NCBI GenBank assembly: GCA_024704765.1
Contig: JAKMXF010000122.1
Span: forward strand, 457,068 to 521,067
Origin: Oopsacas minuta
Lineage: Eukaryota; Animalia; Porifera
Direction: 5' to 3'
Length of the DNA: 64,000 bases
In this document: one piece after another, positions 50,093-63,024 of the stretch
Layout of the letters: every line of letters starts with the position of its first letter
Position numbering within the stretch: position 1 is the stretch's first letter
Position numbers and translations under genes: made by a program
The notes under the pieces: generated by a model
Databases searched by the model: none
Told to the model about the DNA's origin: nothing
The model's input: the letters and a program-made list of their open reading frames with translations, nothing else

Positions 50093-50211
50093 AGAATCAA
50101 CATTGGATCCATCAGTTGCTTCTACCTTCAAAACTAATGTATCACTATCCTCGCGGGAAAGGACGCATGAAGTTCTCACCTCTCCAGTAGTATTATCAAT
50201 GTCGAAACAAG
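50093..50211 (-). CDS. Cadherin exon 4 in window (119 nt; not in the ORF track)
   Basis: ttactttag|CT TGT TTC...GAT TCT|gtacgt. Encodes (A)CFDIDNTTGEVRTSCVLSREDSDTLVLKVEATDGSNVDS. Phases 1/0 fit both neighbours. Confidence 0.9.
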
Positions 50212-51888
50212 CTAAAGTAAGGAAATTATCACATAACTTACAGGAAAAAAGCATATTTAACTATACTGTTACCTGTATAATACTAATAATTTAACTAACA
50301 AAAATTACTATGCTAAATAATACAGATGGGAAATTAGACGAATAAGGAATAAAAAGAAAGATGAAATATAGATGTTGCAGTGCCAATGTGAATTTGGAGT
50401 ATTAGCAAATTATCCAGTAAATTCGTGAATCCATTGGTATAGAACTATAACACTAATAATATATCTGTAACTCTCATCAGAGATTGCAAATCTTGCATGA
50501 GTATACATATGATTTGTGGGCAAGCCAGCTCATTTATAACGAAAAAATTGTTAAGATTACATAATGCGGTCAACGGAGATGGAGATATAATGTATTTTTT
50601 TAAATAATAAAAACAACTATAGGTGTCAAATTTACAATGAATTCGGATTTACACTAATGCATTCGCGAATTAACTAAACATTGGTATCCGCGAATACACT
50701 GGAGAATTTGAGAAAAGACAAAATTCGCTCATCAGGCACTAGGACATAAATCTTATATAAATAAATTAAAACACAAATTCTTGGATTGAACATATCGGCA
50801 AAGAAAGCAATATGTGTGAACTAATTCATTATACAAATTATTAAACGAAAAAGTAAAAGATTGAAAGGTGAGTAAAACTTGGATGAGATGCGTACGTATA
50901 TACAACTGAGCCCTCGGTTGTATTCGGAAGTCAACTCTTCCCCTAAATTTAGTTTGGGCCGTCAACGCTGAAACTGTGACCAGCACAAATTGTGGAAAAA
51001 GTTGCAGTAGGTGTAAAAAAATATAAATTAAACGCGTTTTAATAGTATAGATGTACTCAAGGCTGCTTTTATAGCGAGTTGGAGGTGTACAAGATTCCAC
51101 CGCAACTAAGAATTCTTCAAACATACTATCTCGCCTAGGTGTATATGAAATCGTGGCTTTGGCGTACAGTTAGGGAACGGGGGTGCCGCATCGTGCAGCA
51201 TGTTGCATTTAGAATTTCGTTAGATTCAAATAATAAAAACTAATATAAAAGATTACAAGTAGCAGGGCTAATAGCAAGCCACAAACAACTGTCTGAAACT
51301 GTACAAAGTTGATGACCAAAAGCATATGGGAACTAAAATGTCATTTATGTTAGTGTCGAGTAAATATCACCTCGCGCCAATGACAAAAAACACTATAAAA
51401 ACAAGCTTTATGTAAGGTTACTGAGCAGTCCAGAAACTGAGTAGCCTAGCTAGCAAAACGCGCTGCTAGTTGTCAAATTATGAACAACAGTATTAAGAAG
51501 GTGAAGTTGGTTGGTGCTGTCTACAAAATGCAACGAGAAAAGAGTTAGCGAGAGTCCCGAAAATATTCTTAAGTAGGATAGAAGCGAACATTTCAAACAT
51601 ATTCAAATCCCTCAGATAAAATTTCGATTAAAATTCGTGAAATGTATAAATTGCATGTTCTATGCACCTTATGAGCATTTCTTAGTAATTATCGTTGCCT
51701 CAAAGAGTTAGAAGTCTAAAAAATACAAATTACGTTCAATAGACGACAAAATACATGAATGAATAGATTCTTAAAAATATGTACTGACGAGATTGTTGAA
51801 AGAGATAGGGATAATATTATTATCTTATCATAATACGTTGAAAAATACAATATGTATTTGTAAAGTTCAGATGTTGAATTCAAAATAC

Positions 51889-52102
51889 CTGTATTCAAAC
51901 TGTCCACAGCAAATATATAAAAAACTTCAGCATTAGGGCCAAAATCCAAGTCGACTGCAATCAAAGTAATTACAAGAGTTCCAATAATAGAAGATTCAGA
52001 AATTTGAGCAGAATATGAATTAGAAGAAAAGAGTGGAGTGTTATCATTAACATCTTCAAGAGTGATCAATATTTCTGCCGTGGAAGTGAGGCGCTCTGAT
52101 AT
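51889..52102 (-). CDS. Cadherin exon 3 in window (214 nt)
   Basis: catcttag|ATA TCA GAG...ACA G|gtattt. Encodes ISERLTSTAEILITLEDVNDNTPLF...AVDSLNT. Preceded by a 64-nt intron. Confidence 0.92.
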
Positions 52103-52166
52103 CTAAGATGTACTCAGGACAGTAAATAGAAATTTAAAGAAAATATTTAGCTACCAATTAACTTAC

Positions 52167-52514
52167 AATAATAGCGTTATCATATGCAATAACTTTCAAA
52201 ATCCATTTTGCGGAACCAACAGAATTATCAATTGAAATTCCAGAGGTTTCTCTATCAAGATCTATGGCAGACAAGATTTCAAAAGAGTTAGGACTAACTG
52301 TTTTGACTTTGAACATATTAACAGTATTAGAAGAAGAATCAATAAAAACTGATATTTGTCCATTACTGCCTGTATCTGGATCAAGAACATTAAAGTTTAA
52401 TACTGATGTATCGGGTTGATTAGTTTCAAGGATACTAACAGTGTATTGAGACAGATCAAATGTTGGGACGTGGTCATTTATATCGACAACTGTAATCGTC
52501 AAAGTTGAACTTGC
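52167..52514 (-). CDS. Cadherin exon 2 in window (348 nt)
   Basis: ttctctag|GCA AGT TCA...ATT ATT|gtaagt. Encodes ASSTLTITVVDINDHVPTF...DLDRETS...IAYDNAII. Confidence 0.94.
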
Positions 52515-53513
52515 CTAGAGAAACAATCTTGGTAAAGAGTGAAATTGCAAAAACGAGGAGAATATTATAATCAGTAGGGCAGAGTGAGAGGGTGGTGCCA
52601 GTGTCGGATGAAGAACACTTCGAGCAGTGTGCGTTAGTTTCAGATAGGGAGGTAAATTAGTACGACTTCAATAATCCCTTGAAAAAACATCCATATATTA
52701 AATTGCAATAGTTGCCTGGCTGTTTCGTGTTTGTCCGAGACAAGGTATTATGGAAAGCTATATAGAATTGGGATAACAGTATTATAATTATAATTAATAT
52801 TGTTATTAGATGCGAGCAGCTTCGCTTGCTCGCGTGCGCAGCTTGCGAACACTATGTGTTCACGTAACTTGGAACTTCGTGCCTTGTATTTTTTCATAAG
52901 GCCAACTAGTATTTATACGCGTTTGTTCTAAGTTTGTTCTAAGACTATTTAGAAAACTGCTTTATAAACCAAACAACAAGAACAACAACTATTGAAAATA
53001 CCTTGTTGGCAATATCAAATTTGGGATCAGCGTACCCGATTACCTCAAAATACCCGCTGAAAGAATTCTCTAGCCTCAATTTAAAACATTTTAAAATATC
53101 TGACTATGAATCTTCATCCCTGATTATCCAGTAATGGCGGAATAACGAATTCTCTAGTATCGTTGTGAATTAACAGTAGAATGTGTGAAAATATGTTTAA
53201 TCATATGACAACAAATATTCTTGACAAGTTGTTTACAATATCATATTCACAATCAGCATACTCGATTACCCTAATGTAATTATTTACCTTTCCTATATCG
53301 TCAATTGAAGAAAATGATATTATATAAGCATATCATCTTCTCCTAAAATTATAATACAAATTGAACAAACAAACAAACACAGACACCCCCAACAATAATT
53401 GAGTTTAATAATAAAGATTTATATGATAACAGAATTCTCCAAAATCTGCTAATAACGCATCCCTGGTAGTTTTACTGTTAGAACACATGTTTAGTAGGCT
53501 ATATCTGAACAAT

Positions 53514-54348
53514 GGCGTACTATATACACGACTAGCTAAGCAAGGAATTGCCAAAATAATTTCCAGGCCATTGATTATATTCGGTTTGATCATGAAGGAT
53601 TGCAGTGATCACTACAAATTCAACTGTAAATAGGATTCCAAAGATGGTGGAGACATCTAGAATAATTTTGGACCTGTTTGATCAACTTTAATCGCGTCAT
53701 TGTGGTTAAAGTTATTCTCACAATGACACAATTAAAGTTCATCTTCAATGATGGTAATTAGTTAAATAATAATACCAATATTATCAAAAACCCATAAATC
53801 CCATGAAATGAATCATGATTCGCATTAACTCAGCACAAAACACACTAGAAAGAATGTATTAAAATAAACTTGTAAAAATGGTTAAGAATTATGACTTATT
53901 TTGTGTTCGCATACATTTATGATGGAATTTCTTTGATTTTCTAGGATTGATTTAATAATGCTGTTCTGACTGCGAATATCACTAAAATATGTATTTAACG
54001 AGTGTTCATGAAAATGAAGATCATCTTTTGGTTACTTAATCTAACATTTAATAAGTCGAAGCGATTTTGATAAAAAGGATTAGTTTTGAGAGTTTCAGAA
54101 AAAATTGATAACAATGAAAATAATTTACCATGTATGGGCATGAACTTTGATTACGTAATTGTGGTTAAAATAACTTGGAAAACAGGTTCAACAGTATTCT
54201 AAATGTCTCCAATGTATGTGGAATCCTATTTACAGTTGATTTTGTAGTGATAACTGCAATTCTCCCATGATCAAAGAGAATATATTCAATGGCCTGGAAA
54301 TTATTTTGACAATTCTTTGCTTAGCTAGCCGTGTATACATAGTAGACC
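53514..54348. mobile_element. Complete G-family MITE (835 bp, about 230-bp TIRs, GG..CC ends, AT flanks)
   Basis: at|ggcgtactatatacacgactagctaagcaaggaattgcc ... caattctttgcttagctagccgtgtatacatagtagacc|at. Confidence 0.85.
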
Positions 54349-54405
54349 ATGGGATAACTGACATTCAATTCACAGTAAGTCGGTTGATTGCCCGAAACGA
54401 TCGTA

Positions 54406-55712
54406 CGAGGGTCAGTCCAAAAGTTTTGTCGTACAAAGGTTCTATTTTGTCTTCAATCAAATAAATACAAAACTATATACTTAGATATATATAATGACTC
54501 TACTATTAATTTGAGCTATATTCAACACTTATTTCCTGAGTAACGCTATTTTATCCATAAGCCTATATACAGATTTTATTATTACTGAATGGAACTGGAA
54601 AGAAGGGATTTTAGAGCAATGATGTTTTATGACTTCATGCGTAAGATATCAGTGGAGCAGAGTCATGATAACTTGGTGGAAGCTTTCCAAGATCAAACTC
54701 CATTTAAGCGTACAGTAGAGCGTTGGTATCTAGATTTCAGGAGGGAGAGAACGTCATTACAAGATGAGGCTAGGTCTGGGCGACCTTCAACCGCCGTCAC
54801 TCCAGAGACTATTGCTGCTGCCGGGACATTAATCAGGGAGGATAGCCGCATTAACTATGAGCAGTTTGCTGAGACCCTAAAGATCGGGAAAGCCGCCATC
54901 AATACTATTCTACATGATTATCTTGGTGTCAGAAGGCTTGCGGCCCGATGGATCCCTCATAAACTCTCTGAAATGCAATTAGAGGCAAGGGTAGAATGAT
55001 GCTAGTTTATGCTCAAGAAATTTAAAGGAGGAGAGTCTAAACGAGTGTACGACATACTAACATGTGATGAGACATGGATCTATCAGTACGATCCGGAAAC
55101 AAAGCGGCAATCTTCAATCTGGGTGTTTCCTGGCGAAGATCCCCCTGTTAAAGTTCGCCAGGCTCACAGCGTTGGGAAGAAGGTGGTGGCTGCATATTTC
55201 TGTAAGACTGGCCCAGTAGCAATAATTCCTCTCGAGGATCGTCGTACCGTCAATGCTGATTGGTACAATAACAAGTGCCTACCCAAGGCTTTCGAAGCTT
55301 GGAGTTCTCGTCGCCCTAAGACCGGTATCAGAGGACTTCTCCTTCACCACGATAATGCATCTGCACACACAGCAGTCAAAACATTGGACTTCCTGGCTGA
55401 AAATTCGGTCCAGTTGGTATCGCATCCACCTTACAGTCCAGATTTAGCTCCATGCGACTTTTTCTTGTTCCCAACAATCAAGGAAAAGATCCATGGAATA
55501 AGGTTTGAGAGTCCTGAAGAGGCTCGTATGGCATTTGAAGAGGCCCTTTGGAGCCTGCCAGAGGAATAATGGCATAGTTGTTTCGACAGTTGGTTTCATC
55601 GTATGCAACTTTGCATAGATTGTTGTGGTCGTTACTTTGAGAAACTGTGAAAGTTTGATTAAATTTGTTATTATATTTTTTGTGTACGACAAAACTTTTG
55701 GACTGACCCTCG
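54406..55712 (+). mobile_element. Full-length mariner (DD34D) with three premature stops
   Basis: Identical 30-bp TIRs cgagggtcagtccaaaagttttgtcgtaca; TA flanks. A single frame 54589-55650 has stops at 54997, 55003 and 55567. ARWIPH, TCDETW and HHDNASAH...PDLAPCD. Confidence 0.96.
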
Positions 55713-55799
55713 TATGTATTAGTTTGGGGCAATCAACCGATTTCACAATGAATAGATTATCAGGAATGTTGTCACATTCCTGAGACATTAATTCGTTGG

Positions 55800-57110
55800 C
55801 GGGGAAAGAATATCTCCAAATGTTGTCAAGTGACCCATCAAACTGCTGGAAATTTGATCCTGAGTGCGAATCAGGTGGTTAAAAGTCTTGAAGAGGTGCT
55901 AATATGGGTAATGTATCAGTGAACTCGGAGACAGCCGCTATTTAATAAGGTCGGAAGGGATCAAAAATGTATCCTTCAGAAGTAGTTCCTATCAAAAATT
56001 AGAATCTATGGCTATGGAAAACATGTAGAAAAAGTTTGGTGCTGTATCCAGAATGTCCCAAATAATTTACTAAGGGTCTTACTCTTTGAAGAGAAGCATC
56101 ATTCGGAAAACTAGTGGTGAAAATAAATGAGTAAGTGACAATGGGAAATCTTTGATAAAAAGAATAGTTATGACCAAAGGATGGATCCTTGCGGTACCCC
56201 AAGTCTGACCATTTTTCTTCTGACCATGTTTCTTTTAATAGCACATACTGATATCTCTCTGAACGATAGGAATTCATTCAGGCTATACAATTTCTATCGT
56301 ATTGATAGAGCTCGAATATATTGAGAAGTAGACTATGGTAAACTAGATCGAAGGTTTTCCGAATGCCTAGGAATATGACACCATTCAGCAACACAAAAAT
56401 ACATTTTATCAAGTTTTTGGAGTTTGCTCAGTGCTGTCTGACAAGTGTCATTTTTCTAAATCCAGAGTGATACTCAAATAACACTTTGCTTCAAGTCGAA
56501 TAGCCTGATAGAGAATCATGAACATATGTAAAGCTACCCTTTTTGAGAGTCAGATTTATGAGGGTCTCATTTGTTAGAAATTGTGACGTTGCTGTATAAG
56601 GAAAAATGTCGATAAATCCCAATAGAACATAATGATGTTCTATTGGAACTCATAACCGTGTACAAAAGAAGGAAACTTTGTAGACATGTCCGAGAACACG
56701 CAAGACTAGAATACACGGAGGCGACAAAGTTGCACCACGGGAGAGAAGCATTGACTGAATATTGATTTACCATAACTTCCTTTACTGGAAATTTGTTGAT
56801 AAATGAATTTATGTGGGAATTTTGTCAAACTCAAACTGGCTCCAGGCATAGCTACTGGCCTTCAACTTAAGGATAACCACCGTTTCGGTTCTTATGCATC
56901 TGCAGCGCTCTCAACTCTCATGATTTCGGGTCTACAAATACTGCAGAATTCCTCGTCTTTTCACAGAAAGCCAATACTAAATAGCACATCTCACGATAGA
57001 ATCGTGAAATCTTTGACGAATCTCACGATTTTGAAGGTTTCTAGGTTGAATGCCCCTACATCTGGGGCTCTTATTGGGCTGCGTGAACTAGGTAATAATG
57101 GCTGGCCCTA
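55800..57110 (+). pseudogene. Possible decayed non-LTR (LINE) reverse transcriptase fragment
   Basis: Scattered readings AVPQ (GVPQG-like), FLNPE and VRFMRV (KYLGV-like) in the expected order. No catalytic YADD recoverable. Confidence 0.35.
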
Positions 57111-57116
57111 AATTTA

Positions 57117-58082
57117 CATGGTGTATAATGATTGATGCGCTATATTTCTATTCATATATATGATCTTTATATATATACTAGTATTATTTAATCTATTTGA
57201 TGTATAATATTCTCTTACTTCTTAGTTATCAATATACATAATTTTTAATATTATTTCATATAACTCAACCCTTGATTTGTACGAAAGTTCAACTTTTCTA
57301 TATTCTTGAAAATTTGTCAATTACAATGGTCTAAGAGCATCTTGTATCGTCCCGAAACCGAGCTATTAGGATAGTAGAAGCAAGATTTACTCAAAAAAAG
57401 TGCGCTAGAGTAATAGGTGCAGATATTAGCAAAATCAGACTTTTCGGAGTTGCTACAAGATAGGTGAATCCCTTCATTATAAATCATGACGAAGACCGAA
57501 ATCATCAATCCCTACAGTTGTGAAAACCATTTTTGCTAAATCAATAACAAAAGGAACCAATCTACTACACAACAAGCAAAGAGAATAACTTTTTGAGATT
57601 TTGAAGAATAGCCTCCTTTCTGCAATGCGAAGAGAGCGTAAAACTGGCAATATTTTGAGCAAAGCAATGCTCCCGGAGATGTCCAAATACATCTTTCAAC
57701 AGGATGGTGCTCCTGCGCATCACGCATAAGCAACCCAAGAATGGTTCAAAAACAACCTGAAAAGCTTTTGGGCGAAAGGTATTTAGCCAGGAAACTCAGC
57801 GGATCTAAATCCAATAAAGCACCTCTGGTCAATTCTACAAGTAGAGGTAGATACAATGGCGCCTTTAACGAATACAGGGATGCAGAACAAGGACAGAAAA
57901 TTGGCTTGGTCGCAAATCCAACCAGATATTTTAGACAAAATTTAAATAGGAATGCCAGAAAGCATAAATAAGGTATCAAACTGAAGGGTGGCATATATAG
58001 GCAAATGAATTACTATATAATCATAACATATTTCTATAATATATATCCTTGTATGAGAGAGCATCAATCATTATATACCCTG
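57117..58082 (+). mobile_element. Internally deleted DD37E (TRT-like) Tc1 relic
   Basis: TA-flanked TIR ca(t/g)ggt(g/a)tataatgattgatgc. FQQDGAPAH...FWAKGI*PGNSADLNPI(K) with 37 spacing; the terminal residue is AAG, one change from GAG. Confidence 0.8.
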
Positions 58083-59679
58083 TAGTTTCAATTTCAAAAT
58101 TAGCAGCCATCAATTGTTCATATCAATTTGTCACGATATGATGTCACTATATTAAACTGTGATGGGGGCCAATCAATAAATTGGGCTTAGACCCCACTTC
58201 CTTTAATTCTGGTCGTGTGTAATGCAGAAAATATAGGCCTTTAATGGTGCCTATCATCTAGGGTTGCGAACCTATTGAATGATCCAAGTATAATACATAT
58301 TCACATAGTAGCTCTATTTTTCCAAATTCCAGCTTCATTTGTGTTGTGTACTTTTTAAAGTAATGTATTTTAGCAAGGAAGGAAAACCTCAAAATATTTG
58401 GTGACTGTAGTTCTAATGTTGCATTTACAACACAATCCCTATTTCTGTGATATTGAATTGATTTTCTATATTTAGACGTTTTCATATAACCCATAATTAT
58501 GGGTTATATAATATAAACAATGCGAATGTGCCTATTCCATACATTCTTCAGAGAATTTCTTAAGGCCACGATTATCATTCAATTCTATAAATTGATAGGT
58601 ATGTGCTAGGAATTTATGCACTGTGGGAGTTATTGAAACTCAGGGGTAATGATCTAACAGAAAGAGATATATTTCTTCACCTAGTGCCCTGTTCTGAGAG
58701 GAATTAGTTACACGAAGAAGAGCAGAATTATTTCTATGCAAAAAAAGATTTTAACGCCTTCTTGAGGTATAAACGAGAACGCTGTTTAAAAAGGAGATAA
58801 TCAGAAAAGAACAAATGAGCTGAATTACCAGTGCTAGTGTTCCAACTTCCTCCAGGTTGGTCGAACTGAATATTGGTAACTTCTTAAAGCCGTTGTGTAA
58901 TCAGTTTATGACTTGTCTTAATATTTATATGTTCAGCAGAGCTACCTCTTCCCGCTGCTATCCGGTAGACTATTGAGGAACCAATTAAATATAGGTAAGT
59001 ATGAGTGTAGAGGTGGAATAGGAAGGACTTCAATTGAACTTGCAGGTTCATGAGTAATTCCAGATCGTTGTCGGGAAGGATAAGCTGTAAGCTAATTTCC
59101 ATCAGAAATTACTATACGATGGTATCGTATCCTTGATCGCTTGGAATGGGCAATTAAGCGTAAAGCCTGATATTAGTAATTCAGGGTCTGTTACATCAGT
59201 TTGATCTGCGAAGCAACACTAAACAAGCAGCGCCACCGCGACCAGTAAATATGACACACATTATACCATCTAACATTGAGGCTTTAATTTCCATAATTAC
59301 ATTTCCACTTCATTCCTATACAACATATACGAATCACAATATTATGCTTCATAAAAATTAGGTTACAATTACACAATAACTAATGCGTTGCCTAGTTTCT
59401 AGTGTTGTTATCATCACAAGATACTATTAAGAATATCATATATAGCCATGAATTATAAGAAATATTGAATTTACAAAAATATTCCAATACATTAGAATAA
59501 AATTGTCTTTAGTTAAAACCCCAGTAGCCAAAAATTCAGGGGAAATTATGAAAAGTGTCGAAATTATAGCATACTGGAAATATTTCCCAAAAATAATCCA
59601 CTGTGTAGAGCTACTCTCAGCAACCCCGAAATTACTGGGGATGTCTTATTGGGGTTGCTAGCAATCCCAAAGAAGAAAT

Positions 59680-59945
59680 GCTAGTTACGATTCTGAAAGC
59701 AAGGCACCATGTAAGCTCCAAAACAATGGACGCAATTAAAGTATTTGGTTTCGAATTCCTCCTTCACAACCCTTATAGTCCAGACCAGGCTCAAAACGAC
59801 TACTGGTTCTTCGAAGAGACTAAGATACCTCTTCGAGCAAGAGATCTGTTGATTTCAAAAGAATAGAGAGGGAAGTGAAACATTCAGAAATAGGTACTCT
59901 TTAAAGAAATCTAGGGGTACCAGAACGAAGGAAACGATATACAAT
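59680..59945 (+). pseudogene. 3' fragment of mariner family M
   Basis: HVSSKTMDAI...PYSPDQAQNDYWFF, matching the other M copies. Confidence 0.8.
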
Positions 59946-60470
59946 GCAGCCTAGCTAATCCGAAACCCACTGTTTGGATTACAAAATAATTCGTTTGATT
60001 TAGCAAATGAATTGAAACAATACTATAGAATCTGGGAGCCAATTTTTGAAAGTTGTCTCAACAAATGGGGAACCTCTATTATTGGGGGAAGTTTGGCTCA
60101 CCTTATTTCATTTCCATTGAAACGAACCTCGATAAACAAGAAGTAGGGAATGGGGATCCTTTGAGATGATTATGCCAAGGGCATTGAAATTTACATCTAT
60201 AAGTGGGGAATTTTACGATAAATTTATTGAATAATCAATTTTGTACTAAATTAGGTACAAATTACGTATCTACCGCTATGATGATTGTAAATCTTTGGAT
60301 TTCTCAAGAGAAAATTTCGTACAAAATTGTATATCCAACCAACAACCTTAGGGCATATCAAAATAATCAAATAACATGAAAAACAGTCGTTGGAGGAAGT
60401 GGTTATACATATTGACTAAATATATCTGTATAAAGGACAATTGCATTTGAAAGTATAGATAGAACATAGA

Positions 60471-62555
60471 CTACTAAATAATACAGATAGGAAAGTAGCT
60501 AGCAACGAATAAAAAAGAGAGGCCATTTATATAAATGTCATGAAAGTTATATTCACCTTCAAAATTTGTGGATTGAACATTTAAGTGTTAGAAAATGTAA
60601 GGAATCAGTTAAGACGACGCAAAAGTTCAAACGGCCATCCTTCACCTCTTTTAGACGCATTTACAGGGTGACAATTAAGTTCTGATACATAATTCCAATA
60701 GATCTGATACGTTTCCAATATATTATATTACCATTTCTATCATTTATATTCTAACATACATGTCTTCCTGTAATGCTCAAACAGTAATCTAAATCTATAT
60801 ACGCATAATATCAGAAATTTCAACATGGAAGTAAAGAGGTCAAAAATTATCTCATTATTTATGACCGGGAGCACACAGAGCGAGATTTTGAAAAAGCTGA
60901 AAAGTGAAAAATCAACAGATTATTCATTTATCGTACTATTAAACGATATAACGATACCAAAAGTGTGGAGGACAAGCCTCGTTCTGGCCGACCGACTACA
61001 GTTCGTACGAGGGCACTAAGGGAAAAACTCCGCAGTAAAATCCGCCGAAATCCCAGGCGGTCAATCCGGAAGATGGCAAGGGAGTACTCTGTTAATCGCG
61101 AAACATTGCGAAAGGTGATACATGAGGACCTGGGACTTAAATCACTCAAACGGCAAACAGTTCATCATCTCACTCCCACTCTTCAGGTAAAAAGACTTGA
61201 AAGGTGCAAAAGGCTTCTGCGGCGCCTCGTAAATGAAGATTATGAACAGATATTGTTTTCGGACGAAAAGATTTTCACGGTAGAAGAAGCAACTAACCGT
61301 CAAAATGATAGAATTATTGCGTCGTCATGCAAAGACATCCCTGAGAGCATTAAATTCATCGATCGAGTGCAAAAACCGCTTTCTGTGGTGGTCTGGGATG
61401 GGGTGTCCGCAGATTCTCGGACAAAATTGATTTTTCTCCCACAAGGGGTCAAAATTAACTCGCAAACATATAGAGAGTTGATTCTTGAGCCTGTAATCAA
61501 ATCTGCTGGTTCATCCTTGTTCAAAAACACACCCTGGATATTCCAGCAGGACTCTGCGCCAGCGCATGCCTCGAAAGCAACTCAATCCTGGCTTTTAGGG
61601 GAAAATATTGACTTTTTGTCCAAGGAAGAATGGCCTCCTTCAAGTCCGGATTTGAATCCACTTGACTATTCCGTCTGGGGGACTTTACAGAGCAGAGCCT
61701 GCGCTACTCCGCATAGAAATTTGGGATCTCTGGGGAAGGCTTTGATTACAGAATGGGAGAAAATTCCGCAAGAAGAACTCCGGAAATCTGTCCAACGGTT
61801 TCAAGGACGACTTAAAGCTGTAGTAAAGGCAAAAGGCGGTTATATCGAATAGAATTGGATAGGAAGATTTATTATAATATGCTTTAACTGTCAGTGAAAA
61901 TTTGGATTGAAAGGATAACTAGTTTAGGAAAAACCAGAGTATATTCGTGTATCAGAACTTAATTGTCACCCTGTAAATCACGACATCAAATTCACTCAAA
62001 TGCTCATCAAAAATAGAAATTTTTACTTTTGAAATTCTTGTATTTCAATGAATTAATGTCCTCTATTTATTCACAGGATATAAATAACTAGCACGTTTAC
62101 TTTAGAATAGAATTCGGATTACATCTTAATATTGTAATTTTGAAAATTCATAAATCTATTTTTGATAAATATATTATTATCATGTCCATGGTATAATTCA
62201 GAAATTTTTCTGTCCCAAAGCTATCATTAAAACATGGATTTAACTTGAGTGTGAAGTAGATGTACGAATTCAAACCATATTAGCATAAAGTTAAATAAAA
62301 TTATCTACAATAATATTTGAGTAAATAGTCAAATTATATAAATGCTAACGTCATCGCGTAAATGGCGCCTAAACGAGATGAAGGATGGCTGTTTGAACTT
62401 TTTACGTAGTCTTAACTGATTCCTTACATTTTCTAACCCTTATAATATCAATCCACAAATTTTGAAGGGTAAATTTAATTATCATGAAATTTATAAAAAT
62501 TGCCTATCATTTTTATTCGTTGCTCGGCTACTTTCCTATCTGTATGATATAGTAG
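60471..62555. mobile_element. MITE with about 190-bp inverted arms hosting a maT
   Basis: 60471-60660 is the inverse of about 62360-62555. A related end occurs at about 50310-50350. Confidence 0.7.
60664..61973 (+). mobile_element. Near-intact maT (DD37D), 1310 bp, with one frameshift
   Basis: Identical 26-bp TIRs cagggtgacaattaagttctgataca; TA flanks. ORF 60825-61852 is broken only at the A5 run 60907-60911. LFSDEK and QQDSAPAH...DLNPLD. Confidence 0.95.
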
Positions 62556-63024
62556 TATAAGATGGGGAATAAGGGGTTGTGAGGAGATTCGTCGTCCCGA
62601 CTTCCTCCACTTATAGAAGTTCTACAATACTACACTCCCTATATAAATAGACAGTGTAAGATCAATATAAATTATTAAAAAAGATACATTAACTCAGGTC
62701 TCCACCTTTCTGAAATTTTAGAAGAATTCCCATGAAACATAAAAATCTTATAATTGGGCTATTCTCTTAGAATTTAAGGAGGCAATTCTAAGAAAAATTC
62801 TAAGATTGAATAATTCTAAAAAATTCTTAGAAATTATATTTAGAAATTGGGGAACAAGAGTAAAAAATTACATATGGAGAAAATGTTTATGAGGTGCATG
62901 CAGTATGTAAATAACACATACTGCATGAAATCGCACAATGCCAGGTTAAGAGGTATATTAGATGAGAATTAATAAATAACAAAGATAGAAACCAAGGAAT
63001 GAAGGAGTAAAACGCGTTACTAAC

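Noticed and set aside
52808-52900. gcttcgcttgc hairpins followed by CTAG (also near 38820) as Helitron 3' ends
   Set aside because: No matching 5' TC end or Rep/helicase remnant, and hairpin-to-CTAG spacing is inconsistent.
54997-57790. RIP-like or deaminase-driven mutagenesis suggested by TGG>TGA/TAG and CAG>TAG stops in several transposases
   Set aside because: Selecting stop codons enriches for these changes automatically. A full substitution spectrum against family consensuses is needed and I cannot compute it.
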